Source: Octopus sinensis
Lineage: Eukaryota
Assembly (NCBI RefSeq): GCF_006345805.1
Contig: NC_043003.1
Coordinates: 87,296,001 to 87,360,000 of the forward strand
Reading direction: 5' to 3'
DNA: 64,000 nt
In this document: one piece after another, positions 12,700 to 26,290 of the stretch
How positions within the stretch are numbered: position 1 is the stretch's first letter
Layout of the letters: every line of letters starts with the position of its first letter
Notes under the pieces: model-generated
What the model was told of the DNA's origin: nothing
The model's input: only the letters and a program-made list of their open reading frames with translations
Databases searched by the model: none
Made by a program: the position numbers and the translations under genes

Positions 12700-13700
12700 A
12701 CTGGCATTCGTAATGCATGCCGTTTGAAAGGTATTCATATACAATTTCATTAAAAGATATTTATTTTCCTCAAAGTTATGGGCGAAAAACTCGGATCTTG
12801 TGAATTTTCCGAAGTCCTCTACCCACCCTCTCATAAAAGATTTTACCCGTAAATTTCTTTATAATCGTAATCTATGCTGTTTCAAAGGTATATATATATA
12901 TATATAAAACTTCATTAAAAAAAACCCCATTTTCCTAAAAGTTATGAGGGAAAAACTCAGATCTTGTGAATTTTCCGAAGTCCTCTACCCACCCTCTCGG
13001 AAAAGATTTTACCCGTAAATTTCTTTATAATCGAAATCTATGCTGTTTGAAAGGTATATATATATATAAAACTTAATTTTAAAAAACCCCATTTTCCTAA
13101 AAGTTATGAGGGAAAAACTCGGATCTTGTGAATTTTCCGAAGTCCTCTACCCACCCTCTCGGAAAAGATTTTACCCGTAAATTTCTTTTTAATCGTAATC
13201 TATGCTGTTTGAAAGGTATATATATAAAACTTCATTTTAAAAAAACCCATTTTCCTAAAAGTTATGAGGGAAAAACTAGGATCTGGTGAATTTTCCGAAG
13301 TCATCTCCTCTCGTTACTTTCCGCGCATTTTTTGTTTTCATATTTGTTTCCTACACATTTTTTTTTTACACCCGTTGCACTATTTTGTTTTTCTTCGTTA
13401 CTTTAACTCCCGGTCACCAAAACAAAACAAATGTAATAGGTGTACCCCACAAATTTCTTTGTAATCATAATCTATGCCGCTTGAAAGGTATTTCTATAAA
13501 ATGTCACTAATATATATTCATTTCCTGAAAGTTATGAGGGGAAAAATCGGATCGTGTGAATTTTCCGAAAGTCTTCTCTCCGCTTCACCCCCGTTCGTTT
13601 GCGCAGATTTTAGTTATCATATTCGTCTTCTACACTTTTTTTTTTACACCTATTATACCCTTCTTCTGTTTTGGTTTAGTGACCGGGAGTTAAAGTAAAC
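12700..13700. repeat. ~160-bp tandem array in intron 1 with a terminal 31-bp inverted repeat
   Basis: aaagttatgaggg anchor recurs with gttatg at 12775, 12941, 13103, 13261, 13531; IR at 13398-13428 / 13668-13698. Confidence 0.85.
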
Positions 13701-16700
13701 ACTAACCAAATAATGTTTGTATTTCTTCTGTCAAGTATTCAGTATTCTTGTCTATATCATTACCTATCTGTCACTTTGACAGACCACTTAACTATATGCG
13801 AAAATCATCACCCGACGAAGGCAAAATTAAGGAGTTTATTCTTTGTAAATAATCACCATTTTTCTAAAAATTACAGACGTGTACATTTCAAAACCCGACC
13901 GAACAATATATATTAAAAGTTATGCTCAACTTACTTACATACATTATGACTTCATGCAAAAATAAATAAATAAATAAATAGTTTATATTTTATTTTGTAT
14001 ATTTATTTATTTATTACTTTAGTTGAGTCCAAGTTAACGTCCTGCTTATCTGGCGAATAAGATTAAAACTTGTTTTCTTTTTGCCCCCTTTAATTCTTCG
14101 CACTTGTACATTATTTAATCCTATTAATCCGGGCTGACGGGACATATTTTCTTTTCAAATACTTTTGTCAGTTTATATAATTAATTAACAAATTTCTTGG
14201 CACACAAGCTTGATGTAAATGGTGATACTGCGCATTTTTGACATAACTCTGAAGAAAAGTTCATTTATATATACGCACACACACATAAACATCGCATGTG
14301 TAGTTGTCATTCCAGTAAAGAGGCTGCTGTTATACACATTCACACATGCTTGTTCACCATTTACATCCACATAGATATATATAATAAAAATAAACAGAAC
14401 AATGTAGGGATCTTTTCCCAATGTAGTACAGTTGCTGAGCTATTGACAACATGGTTATGAGTTCACGTCTTACTACAGATCTTGTGGCCTTCAAACTAAA
14501 GACATAAACTTTGCTGCCCTCAATGGTTAGCAGTATCCTGTAGTAAAAATTAAACCATAGCTGCTACATTAAAGATCACCTCACCTCTGCTAGCATTAGA
14601 AAATGTAAGGAGAATAATAAATAACAACCAGTGTTTCGCTTACTCGAGTTTCTGCTTTAAGTAAACTGCTACACCCTCTTTAGGGTATAACATTAGCTAA
14701 AACTTACTTAGATGATCCGAATTTTTTTCCCTATTGTATGCATTTTATTTATTTTGGTGGGGCCACTGGGTTTTAAGACGATCCGTTTCCATACATCAAC
14801 GATATTTTTGGTAATGATTATAGTTTTGTATTTAGTCTTTGTACAATGTAATCTTTAACTATGACTAGGTATTGGCTTTCTTGTTTAAAAAAAAAAAAAT
14901 CTGTTGCCAGTAAACAGAAAATTTGAATACCCTTCTACATCCACTTTGCAAACCTTGCGTAAAGGCAAGCATCTTCAACTCCTTCCACACGCCCCACTTA
15001 AATTCCCTGTTGTTGGTTTTGGTAAATAGCTGTTTTTATTTATTTATTTTTGACATAGTTTTCTTTCGTTTGTTACTGTGTGTGCAAGCTGTGGAGGAGA
15101 TTGCTATTTCCATTTTGAAATGAAAATTGCTTTAAGTCTTTGAATTGAGCTATCTGCGAAAAAAAACCTTTAACGGCATTTGCAGTAACACAGATGTTCA
15201 TTAACATCAAAGTATATTCTTTTCCACTCTAAGCACAAGGCCCGAAATTTTGGGGGAAGGGGAAGCAGTCGAATAGATCGACTCCAGTACACCAACTAGC
15301 ACTTAATCTATCAACCCCGAAAGGATAAAAGGCAAAGTCAACCTTGGCGGAATGAACTGTAAATTGCAAATTCTGCATGCCTGGTCTTGTTCAGCGGCCT
15401 TGCAAATTTCCCCAACTAAATTCAATTTTAGCCTGGTTACAGAACTTACCTCCCTTTAACCTTCCTATACTTACATCAAGGGCAGAAATAGCCTAGTTTT
15501 ACGATGGCAATTCTTCAGCTCTCTTTATATTATGAACATTGCAAAGAGCATAGCCCTTCTTGTAGCTTTCAACCATCCTTCTAGAATAGATCAACAGCTT
15601 CCACGTATTAACATCAGGTACTCAAGTTTAGTCTTAATACTATCTAGAATTTGGCATTTTTCCTGATTTTATGTGATATCAGTGATATCTACTTGGTTCC
15701 TACATAATATCCACAAGCATAATGTATTTGGCAGATTTTTGAATTTTCTACTTACTATATTCTACAATGTTAAGATACACAATTCTATGAAACAGGAAGA
15801 TATAATTTTAGAAATTTAGGTGAAAAGGCATTTTTTTTATATAGTGCAAACCATTCTTTAAAAATTAGAATTACAGGTGAGGAATTTGGTAATGGGCAGT
15901 GAAAAATATGATTAACAGAAATTCTGCTAAATTTGTTATTTCTTTCTCTATAAGTACTCTGATATTTAGAAATGGTCTAAGATTGTCAAAGCCCCAAAGT
16001 GGAATGAAATATCTATAGTAGAACCCACAATGTGAACTGGTAGTCTAATACCTATACATTTACAGTACATAAACTGATTATAATAAACTGTATAATTCTT
16101 TCCCCCAAAGACTTCTGTACTGGTAGTGGGATAAGAACTTATCCATTCAGGCATGATAAACTCTTAGGAAGTTTGTTAGTCTGTTTGATATAACACAGTG
16201 GTTTGCTTAGTCTGCTAGAAATAGTAGCTAAATGTTTCTTTTACTCACTCTCTAACTTCAACAAGGCAAGACATTTTGGACAGTGTTGTCCTAGATTCCT
16301 AGATATGCTGTCTGAAATATGACAGGTTGATCACAGCTGGATTATCATTGCTCAGTTTGGACAATAGTATTTAGTTTGTCTTACAGCCTTTCAGTGTTAA
16401 TTAATTAAGAATTAATGAATTTGTGCAATTCATATAAGTGATTATTCCTTCCTCCAGAATGTTTCTCTTTTTAGAAAGTAATATTTTTCCATCAACTTTT
16501 CATAAGGAAATGTTTAGGCAGTAGCTGAGAGGTAGAAGTCTTCTTGAGAATGGTACACAGTATAAACTGTTGTCATCCCTTTCAAACAAATGGGCTTGTA
16601 AGAAATATATAAATAATAATTTTAAAAAACTTAATATTTGCCCTACACCAACTTTTCCATTACAGAAACTGCAGTGATTTCTGGGAAATATCACTTTTTG

Positions 16701-16831
16701 ACAGTTTAGCTCTTTAAGACCTAATATAGATATATCTTGTGGAAACTACAAGTATTAAATAAATTTTAAAACTTATTTAGTATTTGCAACTATCATTGAT
16801 ATCTTGGAGTGAAATGGCTTCATTGTTACTA

Positions 16832-18071
16832 TTGGGTCATCCCATAACTAATGTAATTTTTTTTTTAATACTTCTTTTATTTTCAACATTAAGATAAGCA
16901 AAGTTCTTTTTAAATCTAAAATATACTTTCCTTCATTTTCTACTACAATGCTCTTCCATCTATCTGGTAGACTTGCAAGGCCTCTCTTCCAAAATTCACT
17001 TGTCCATGACGAAAAACACTCCTCCAGTACTATTCTGATCTTGTCTACAGAATTCATATTTTTTCTGTCCAAATGATTTTGAAGACAGTGGGACAAATGA
17101 TAATTAGATGGAGCAATGTCTAGTGAATATGGTGGGTGAGACATCATTTTCCGTTCAAACTGCTCCAGCCTTTGGAATGTCATCTTCGCTGTATGTGACA
17201 TTATCTTGATGGCAGAACACCTTTCGTCTTGAAACCAATGACTTAAGCTGCTCACAGTAGATCTCTTTTGTTATTGTTTGGTTTGGGTTTAAAAGTTCAA
17301 AGTGCACTGGACCTTTTGTATCCTATCAAACAGATAACAACACCTTACATGGGGGAAGGCCTTCTTTAACCTGGGATGCCAGTGTTTCTCCTTTCCCTAC
17401 CCACTGTCTTCGCTGCTTGACATTTTTATAGAGAACCCATTTCTCATCACCAGTCACTATTCAGTCAAAAAAAGGTTTGTTCATGAGATGTGACTGCAAA
17501 GAAGAGCACACATTCACTCTCTGTGTGCAATTAGACTCAGAAAGTTTGAGGAACCCATTGACCCAATTTGCTGACTTTTCTGATGACATGCAGGTGTCGA
17601 TGAATGGTTGAATGGCCAAATCCAAGCTTCTCTGCAAATTGCTCAACAGTTATGATGGGATTTTGTTCCACCAGGGTTTGCAGGACATCCTTATCGAGCT
17701 CTACAAATTTTCCAGGATGAGGCTTGTCTTCTAGGCTGTAGTTTCTGGCTTGGAATTTCTGGAACCACCGTTAACACTGGCTTACGTTTATTGTCTGATT
17801 CCCATATACTGCTTTGATATTCCTCACACTTTCTGTTGCATTGTTGCCTTTATTGAACTAATAAAGCAAAATATGCTCCTTTGTCATTTCCATTATGGCT
17901 TTGAAAAAATAACTAATAAAATTGAACTGTACTCTTCAAAACTTGCACTAAGAATAAAGGTAAAATTACTACGTGCTTTTATAACAAGTTGATGCCGGTA
18001 GTTTATCCCGTCCCCCTCTGACTTTTAGTTCATGTATTTGAAAAAACTGCATTATTTATGGGATGACCCGA
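16832..18071 (-). mobile_element. Full-length degenerate mariner transposon (~1.24 kb)
   Basis: TA|TTGGGTCATCCCATAA ... TTATGGGATGACCCGA|TA; - strand remnants WVP, IVTGDEKW, HQDN, HPPYSLDIAPSNYHL, with stops and frameshifts. Confidence 0.92.
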
Positions 18072-20295
18072 TATTTCTTTAACCCTTTTGTTACCATATT
18101 TCTGTTGGAATACACTATATTTTTAGAATGAATAATTTTGTCATTATTAAGCTGGTGTTTGGAACAATTTAGGATGAAATTTTGATGGAAGATTAATTAT
18201 AGATTCCTTTAAAACAAAGTCTCTATCATATAACCAAGGGTGTTCTTGAGCAATTTGGTATCAAAAGAAAGTAATTCATTTCTATGAATTTCTACGAAAA
18301 CTTTGTCAGTTTAATGTGGAGTTTTGAAATGGAATGTCAAATATGTTTCTTTATCAGTTTGATCCTTTATCATCTCTCTGGGACCCTATCAAGTTGAATA
18401 ATTTATTGAAACTGAAATAGCTGCTGGAATTAGTTTCTTTTTCTAAGTCAACAAAAATTTCATTATTTTGGCATCCATTTTTCTAGGCTAGTATATATGA
18501 AATATAATATCTGTATGTCCTTGTCTTGAATCATGTAATCTCTAAATGGAAAATATTCTCAGATTTGGCTGCCATTACTTCTCAAATTTTACTAAAATGT
18601 CTTATTAGCAGATTTCCCAATTTGCTTGATTTTATTGTATTCTTTTATATATGGTTAAATGGCATCAAACTGGCAAAATTGTTTAATACAACGGACAAAA
18701 TGCTTAGCAACATTTCTTCCTGCTTTACATTCTGAGTTCAAATTCTGCTAAAGCCAACTTTGCATTTTGTCCTTTCAGGGTCAATAAAATCAAGAACCAA
18801 TTGAACACAGGGGTTAACGGTATCAACTACCCACTCCCCTCAGAATTGCTGGCTTTGTGCCAAAAATTTTAAACCGTCCTATCTGGTTGGATATAGTTTA
18901 TTTGTAACTGAGTACTTATCATATCACCTTAAATCCAAACATAGCTACTACCACATCATAAAGACTGGCTCTGTTCTTCAGGAGCTGTGTGGTTAAGTTT
19001 GCTACCCAACCTTGTGGTTTCAGGTTCAGTCCCACGTGTGGCACTTTGGGCAAGTATTTTTCTCCTATAACCCCAAAACTCTACTTACAAAGACCTGTTG
19101 AGGCAAGTGAAATCGAAATCGATCAAAATCAATGGAAATTGTAGTTGTGATACCAGTGCCAGTGGCACGTAAGAGAACCATCTGAACGTGGCTGTTGCCA
19201 GCACCGCCCCGACTGGCCTCAGTGCCAGTGGCACATAAAATGCACCATCTGATCATGGCCGTTGCCAGCTTCGTCTGACACCTGTGCCGGTGGCATGTAA
19301 AAAGCACCCACTACACTCACGGAGTGGTTGTCGTTAGGAAGGGCATCCAGCCTTTAAAAAAACTGGATGTTAAAATGATGATGCTGAATAAGGTATAATG
19401 AAATATTTTGTTACTTGTTTAGTCATTTGGCTGTGGCCATACTGGAGCACTGCCTTAAAGAGATTTTAGTCACAGAAATTGACCCCAGGACTTATTCTTT
19501 GCAAGTCTAGTACTTATTCTATCAGTTTCTTTTGGTGAACTGCTAAGTTACAGGGTTGTAAACACACTGACATCAGTTGTCAAGTGATGTTTGAGGGAAC
19601 AGACACAATGACACACACATATAAATATATACAACAGGCTCCTTTCAGTTTCCATCAACCAAATCCACTCACAAGGGTTCGGTCAGTCCAAGGCTATTGT
19701 AGAAGACAGTTTCCCTAGGTGCCATACAGTAGGACTGAACCCAGAGCCATGTGGTTGGGAAGTAAGCTTCTTACCACATAGCTACACCTATTGGTGAATA
19801 TTTTACAATGGTCTGTTTTCTCTCTACCATACCATTTTATTATTCCTAGAATACATATTAAATTTTATTAGACAATTTGTTCAAAATAACTTTTCAAATA
19901 TTGGTTTCAAATTTTGGCACAAGGCAAGCAATTTGGAGGGGGGAAGGGGTAAGTTGATTATATTCACCCCAGTGATCAACTGGTACTTATTTTATCAACC
20001 TCTGAAAGAACGAAAGGCAAAGTCGACCTTAGTGGAATTTGAATCCAGTGTGTAAAAATGGATGTTTGGGGGACAGGCACAAATGCTTTGCAACATTTCA
20101 CCAAACATGCTAGTGATTCTGCCTGCTCGCTGCCTTTAACTTTTCAAATATTATTAAAAAAAAAAAAAACATTAAGGGATTTTCATTTTTTTTTTTTTAT
20201 GTTTTTAAAACTTTGTATGAATGTGTTTTTAAAAAAAATTTTTTATAATTAGTCATATATTTCAGAGATACCTTATTTATTTGTCTTTATTTTAG

Positions 20296-20403
20296 GTATT
20301 TTTGCCTACCTCAACTATTTGACTCCTGTCACTCGTAAACAGATTTTGAATACCCTAATAACAGGTTTGAAGCGTCTTGAATATAGAGGGTATGATTCAG
20401 CAG
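20296..20403 (+). CDS. GFPT: GFAT exon 2
   Basis: tttag|...|gtaaga; [37 protein letters not shown]. Confidence 0.97.
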
Positions 20404-20746
20404 GTAAGATCTACAAATTGTTTTGCTCATTAACTATTATTTTCGTTTGTTATGAGTATAAATTAAGTTGCTAACAGTGTCATTAACTAAATTAGATACT
20501 CCCAACTGAAATGATATCTTTGCAAGCGTCTTTTTGTTCTTACTACATAAGTTGTTCTTTTGTAGACATGAATCAGCTTGTCTCTTTGATGAATGAATTA
20601 ATGGAAGTAACGTGTATTTTTCCTCATTGGTTAAAATTGTATTTATTCTTTCATCTAATCATGCATTTGGCTTATTTTTCAATGTTCTAGAAGTATATTC
20701 ATATAACAGCTACATGTTGTGATCACTTCTGATTGATTTATCCTAT

Positions 20747-21148
20747 TACTCTTTACTCTTTTACTTGTTTCAGTCATTTGACTGCGGCCATGCTGGAGCA
20801 CCGCCTTTAGTCGAGCAAATCGACCCGGGACTTATTCTTTGTAAGCCCAGTACTTATTCTATCGGTCTCTTTTGCCGAACCGCTAAGTGACGGGGATGTA
20901 AACACACCAGCATCGGTTATCAAGTAATGCTAGAGGGACAAACACAGATACACACACACATATATATATATATATATACACATATATACGACAGGCTTCT
21001 TTCAGTTTCCGTCTACCAAATCCACTCAAGGCTTTGGTCGGCCCGAGGCTATAGCAGAAGACACTTGCCCAAGATGCCACGCAGTGGAACTGAACCCGGA
21101 ACCATGTGGTTGGTTAGCAAGCTACTTACCACACAGCCACTCCTGCGC
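20747..21148 (-). mobile_element. tRNA-derived SINE family A (young copy)
   Basis: Pol III A/B-box head (tggctgtgtggtaag; ggttcagtcc), internal (TA)n/(CA)n, tail gaaacaagtaaaagag; older copies at ~640-1085, 6040-6400, 19410-19790. Confidence 0.85.
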
Positions 21149-21554
21149 AGATAGATGAAAAATCTGTAGCATACATAGTGTGTGTGTTACTGATTCCTTG
21201 CCTTGACATTGCATGATAGTTGCAAGTGAGAGTCACCATCATGCGAGGTATGTCTGGTTATAAGGAAATACTACCTTTCTTGGAAACAAGTGAAAGTTAG
21301 CAACAGGAAGGGCATCCACCTGTAGAAAACCTGCCTCAACAAAAATTCCATCCAACCCATGCAAGCATGGAAAGTGTGTGTTAATACGATGATGATAATA
21401 CCTCGAGAGCATAAATGAAGTGTAGTAGGTATAGCTGGGATTTGAAACTGGGTCCTGGTCACTAGTCCCTGAAAAATCACTTTTTTAAATTTATAGTGAT
21501 TTCTACACTATAGTAATTTCATTCTTGTCTCACTCTGATTTACTAACCAATTTC

Positions 21555-21908
21555 AAACTCCACCTGTCTAACACCTGTGGACATGTTTACAAAGTCAGAA
21601 AACAGCACAGCTCCCATGACTTTCAGAAACACTTTTTCACGTTAAGAGTTGCTGAAGCATGGAACAGACTGCCGGCATCAGTTGTTAGTTGTCAGAGCAC
21701 TGCATCCTTCAAAACTTCCATGCTTCCTGAGATTTGCCAACACTACAGCTGATTTTCCCCCTCCATACACATGCAAGCATGTATCTGACTCATACACTGT
21801 TCGCTTTCCAGACATTTGTACATTACTGCATATGCTTTATATGCACTTTCTGACAAGTTGTGGTGCACCTGAGCACTGTATACAATAATTTCATTATTAT
21901 ATTATTAT
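21555..21908 (+). mobile_element. CR1-type LINE 3' end
   Basis: FKLHLSNTCGHVYKVRKQ...FFTLRVAEAWNRLPASVV..STASFK* with (ATT)n tail. Confidence 0.85.
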
Positions 21909-22739
21909 CCAAATAAGCACCCTTGTCTTTTTTTATTATTTTAAAACTTTCCGCATTCAGATTACTTTGTCAAAAGTAATGCTTATTTATTCACATTGTT
22001 TTGAATTCATGATGTACTGTTTTGTAGCATCAAGCTTTCAATGATGTGATTGTTTATTTTTCGAATGACATTGTAACATTAGTGTGAAAGGCTGGATCTG
22101 GTTTGTTTGAACATAGAACAGCTAGGGTATTTGGGCTGGATACGGCAAGTTTAAATGCTATATGGTTAAACCCAACTTTCCTTTTAGTTAATGCTGCTTT
22201 TGACTTGATTTAGATCTTCTGACAACTGCTTACTCAAAGCACCCTGCCTCTGCCCCACTCTACCCATTAGATTGAATATTATTTGATCTGAGTTAGCTAA
22301 GTGAGCATTCAGTATCTTCCGTAGTTTACTCCAAAAAATGAGGGGCACTGATAACATTATATATGTAGCATTTGCTCACTTGAATGACATTCATATACCA
22401 CTCATCCTGCTAACTCCCTCAAATCCCAAACTACTGCCAGACTTTTTGGTCTCTCATTTCATGTAGATCTCTACTAATTTTGCAGAATCTCCCATCTGAC
22501 TCCTTGAGTAACATGGCTTTGTAAGTTAGACTCCTGTTGTTAGACACCAAATATGCTGTCTGTTTTGCTTCTAACTACATACTGTACACACTCAGCAAAT
22601 CTTCATTGGTTTTCTACATCACCATCACAAATAAATGAAAGAGTCTGCTTAGAGTTTCTCATTCCGCTAGAAATAACAGCTAAATCCTTTAAATGGACAT
22701 ATCGGACATTGAAATCCTAGATTCATTGTCTGGGGAAAA

Positions 22740-23170
22740 AGACAGGATGGTCCTGGCTGGACTATTATAGAGCTGCTTGGTCAAAGCACATCAACCCCAA
22801 AAAGTTACAGGTCCTGATGGTTTCTATTTCATTTATCCCCAAAACTTCTTTCCAATCACTGGAAACCTTTTTATACTGTCTACCATTCTCAAGAAGACTT
22901 CTACTTCTCACATCTACCGGCCAAACATTCCCTATTGTGAAATGGTGATGGAAACTGTTATAAATTGTTATAACTACTGCCTCTGCTAGTTTCAGTCTCA
23001 TACTTTGCAGTGACAATATGTATAATTTTTGTGGAGCTAAATCCACTGGAAACCATTCTCTTATGTTAAAGACTAATTTTCCCTCATCCTTGAGAATTTT
23101 CAGAAAACAATGTCACCGCTCTTTAAACTAGTAAAACTGCTATTGTTTCGTGTAACTTCTTGAACTGCTC
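22740..23170 (+). mobile_element. Degenerate CR1/L2-like LINE RT fragment
   Basis: KVTGPDG, YRP....EMVMETVIN and SDNMYNFCGAKSTG resemble the KAxGPDG / YRPISL / QYGFR motifs; heavily decayed. Confidence 0.55.
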
Positions 23171-24949
23171 ACTTATGGGCACTTCTATTTCTTGGAATGG
23201 AAGTTTCCTTGTACTGACCTATATTCTATCTACTCTGGTATTCCCTTAACCTTTTAACATTCAGATTATGTTAAATGTAATGCTTGTTTATTCAAATTGT
23301 TTTGTATTAATCATGCATTACTTCATAGCTTTGGGATTTCAATGATGTCATAGTTTTATTCTTAGAATGACATTGTAGGGTAGGTGTGAGGGGTTGGATC
23401 TGATCAATTTGAACATAAAAGCAAGTCAAATAATTTGGCCAGTTTAAATGCTAATGAGCTATGTCTTTCAATTTTCATTTGATACATTAACAGACTGTTC
23501 GCTATTTCTTCTAACTATTCACTTCCATGTAGGTTTCATTCATTTGCAATTTAGATATTTTGTGCAAAGCATGTGCTTTTTATTATGAGGACCCCTCGTA
23601 CATTACATACTCAAAACTAAATCCCAAAAATTTAGGCCTCCTTTTAAGAACCAGAAAATATTAATACTATCAGTTTATGACCCTGTACATCACATTTCGT
23701 AGAACTGCTTTCATATTTGAAATGGTAGTGAACCAAGATAGCTGGCACATTGCTTTACTCGAAAAGACCTGTCTGCCTCAGCAGAATTGACCGATGCTGG
23801 TACCACATAAAAAGCACTCATGCCGGTGCCACCTGGTACACTCTGTGGAGTGGTTGGTGTTAGGAAGAGCATCCAGCTATAGAAACGATGCCCAAACAGA
23901 CAATGTAGCCTGGTGTGGCTCCTGGCTTTGTCAGCTCTTGTCAAACTGTCCAATCCAGATCAGCCTGGAGAATACATGTTAAATGATAATAATGATAGTG
24001 ATGAAAGGTACTGTGCATAGATACCCTTGACCATACTCAAAATGCCATCTGGTTGATTGAACTAGCAAGCTTGTTACCACTCAGCTCCAACCTTCCTGGT
24101 GCTCTTAACCTGTCTTTATCTTGGCATCCTTGCCTTATGCCCAATATTTTGCACAAACATTCCTCTTTGGTGTTGCAGTTCTTTGAAATTTATCTCTGTG
24201 CCTACATTTTCCCCTTCAGGTGTCTTCCATGAATATCTTCTTCAGTGACAGTAGATCTTGCCAGAAAATGGAATGTAAGAATAAGATAAAAATAAAAAAT
24301 AAAACAGTAAAATAGCTTATAATTGTCACAAAGACATTGTCTTCACAGCATAATTGTTTTCGGTTCATGCTTTTTTGAGTATTTTTCTTTTTTTTTATTA
24401 TTATTAGTATGGGAAATTACTACCACATTTTAAATGTATTAACTCTTTTACAAATACTGTATTGGATTGCTTCCCCTTGAAGATTTGTTGTTAATCCTAT
24501 TATGTTTAATCTACCTTTGGAATTCTTTTTCCTTCCACATTTCTCCCGTTTCATTGACTGTAGAAGTTCAAACTAAACATCAACCACATATATAACCACT
24601 GTTACAATACTCAAGACTGCCTCTGGATTCACTTCTCTCACATATATTTTTAGTTGATAATGAGTTCTATAATTTATTGAGTTGTAAGACCTGCTACTAT
24701 CATCATGTAGAACATCTGGATCAATGCAGTTTGAAAGAACCCATCTTTCACCAATAGTTCCATTCAGTATAAAAACTGAAGAGCTACTCTTTAGTTTTAC
24801 AGTGCACTGGCTGAGTGTCAGTGTTACTGTTGTATTTGTACTGATGACCCTTCAGTTTGTACTTCTTCACTTGACCATTGGCTAGTGTTATAGGTAATAA
24901 CATCTGTGGCTTCTCCTTAGGTTTTCATTTGTTTGGCTATTTTAAGCAC

Positions 24950-25537
24950 GACCTTCGAATATTAGGGATCACCGAGGAAATGACTAGTGACCGAGACCTT
25001 TGAAAGTATGCTGTGCGTGAGAAGACCCGGCAGGACAAGTGAGACCATAACCCGTGGCCTCTCCTTCTTGGGACACAAAACTCTACTTGTGAAGATCTGT
25101 TGAGGCAAGTGAAAATCAAAATCGAAATCGATCAACATCAATGAAAATTGTAGTTGTGATACCAGTGCCGGTGGCACGTAAGAGATCCATCCGAACGTGG
25201 CCCAACATCAATGGAAATTGTAGTTGTGATACCAGTGCTGGTGGCACGTAAGAAAACCATCTGAACATGGCTGTTGCCAGCGCTGCCCCGACTGGCCTCT
25301 GTGCCGGTGGCACGTAAAGAGTACCATCCGATCGTGGCCATTGCCAGCCTCGTCTGGCACATAAAAAGCACCCACTACACTCACGGAGTGGTTGACGTTA
25401 GGAAGGGCATCCAGCTGTAGAAACACTGCCAGATCAGACTGGGCCTGGTGCAGCCTTTTGGCTTCCCAGACCCCAGTTGAACTGTCCAACCCATGCTAGC
25501 ATGGAAAGCAGACGTTAAATGATGATGATGATGATGA
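24950..25537 (+). mobile_element. RTE-like LINE 3' end (ORF C-terminus, hairpin-repeat 3' UTR, (GAT)n tail)
   Basis: EMTSDRDL*KYAVREKTRQDK* then GTGCCGGTGGCAC repeats and a gatgatgat tail; other copies at 1-72, 19065-19385, 23790-24000, 41270-41500, 50760-51240, 53357-53650(-), 57896-58217, 58470-58731. Confidence 0.7.
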
Positions 25538-26009
25538 TTTTACATTGCTTAAAAATAGGTATAGAGGTGGCTGTATAGTTAAGATACACTTCCCAATTAT
25601 ATGTTGTCCGGTAAGTGTCTTCTATTATAGCTTGGGCTGACCAGAACCTTGTGAATGAATTTTAGTAGATGGAAACTGAAAGAAGCTTATCAAATACATA
25701 GATACGTATGTATGTACATATGTGTGTGTGTAGAGAGAGAAAAAATTGGTAGGTAGGTAGGTTGATTGTGTTTGTGTCTCCTTGTCTTGAGATTGCATGA
25801 TAGTTATAAATGAGTGTCACTGTTATACATGCAGTGTCCATTATTTCCAATATTCTGTGGAAACTTGTCTACCCATGGGGAAAAATATCACCTTGCTTTG
25901 AAATAGGTGGTGGTTGGTAACAGAGAAGGTATCTGGCTGTAGAAAATTTGCTTTAACAAATTCTGTTTGATCCATGCAATCATAAAAAAAAAGTAATTTA
26001 AAACAATGA

Positions 26010-26290
26010 TAATAATAATGAAATTATTGTATACAGTGCTCAGGTGCACCACAATTTGTCAAAAAGTGCATATAAAGTATATGCAGTAATGTACAAATGT
26101 CTGGAAAGCGAACAGTGTATGAGTCAGATACATGCTTGTGTGTGTATGGAGGGGGGAAAATCAGGTGTAGTGTTGGCGAATCTCAGGAAGCATGGAAGTT
26201 TTGAAGGATGCAATGCTCCGACAACTAACAACTGATGCTGGCAGTCTGTTCCATGCTTCAGCAACTCTTAGCGTGAAAAACAGCCTGAAA
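26010..26290 (-). mobile_element. CR1-type LINE 3' end
   Basis: Reverse complement of the same family. Confidence 0.82.

Noticed and set aside
12700-13700. CRISPR-like periodicity (also the hairpin repeats at 25100-25400 and 57900-58600)
   Set aside because: No unique spacers, no cas genes, spliceosomal eukaryotic context; these are satellite and TE repeats
16848-17255. 135-aa ORF as an active or domesticated transposase
   Set aside because: The third catalytic Asp reads Asn (APSNYH) and the upstream frame has stops and frameshifts
20747-21148. tRNA gene calls for A/B-box sequences
   Set aside because: They are SINE heads fused to repeat bodies, with no complete cloverleaf
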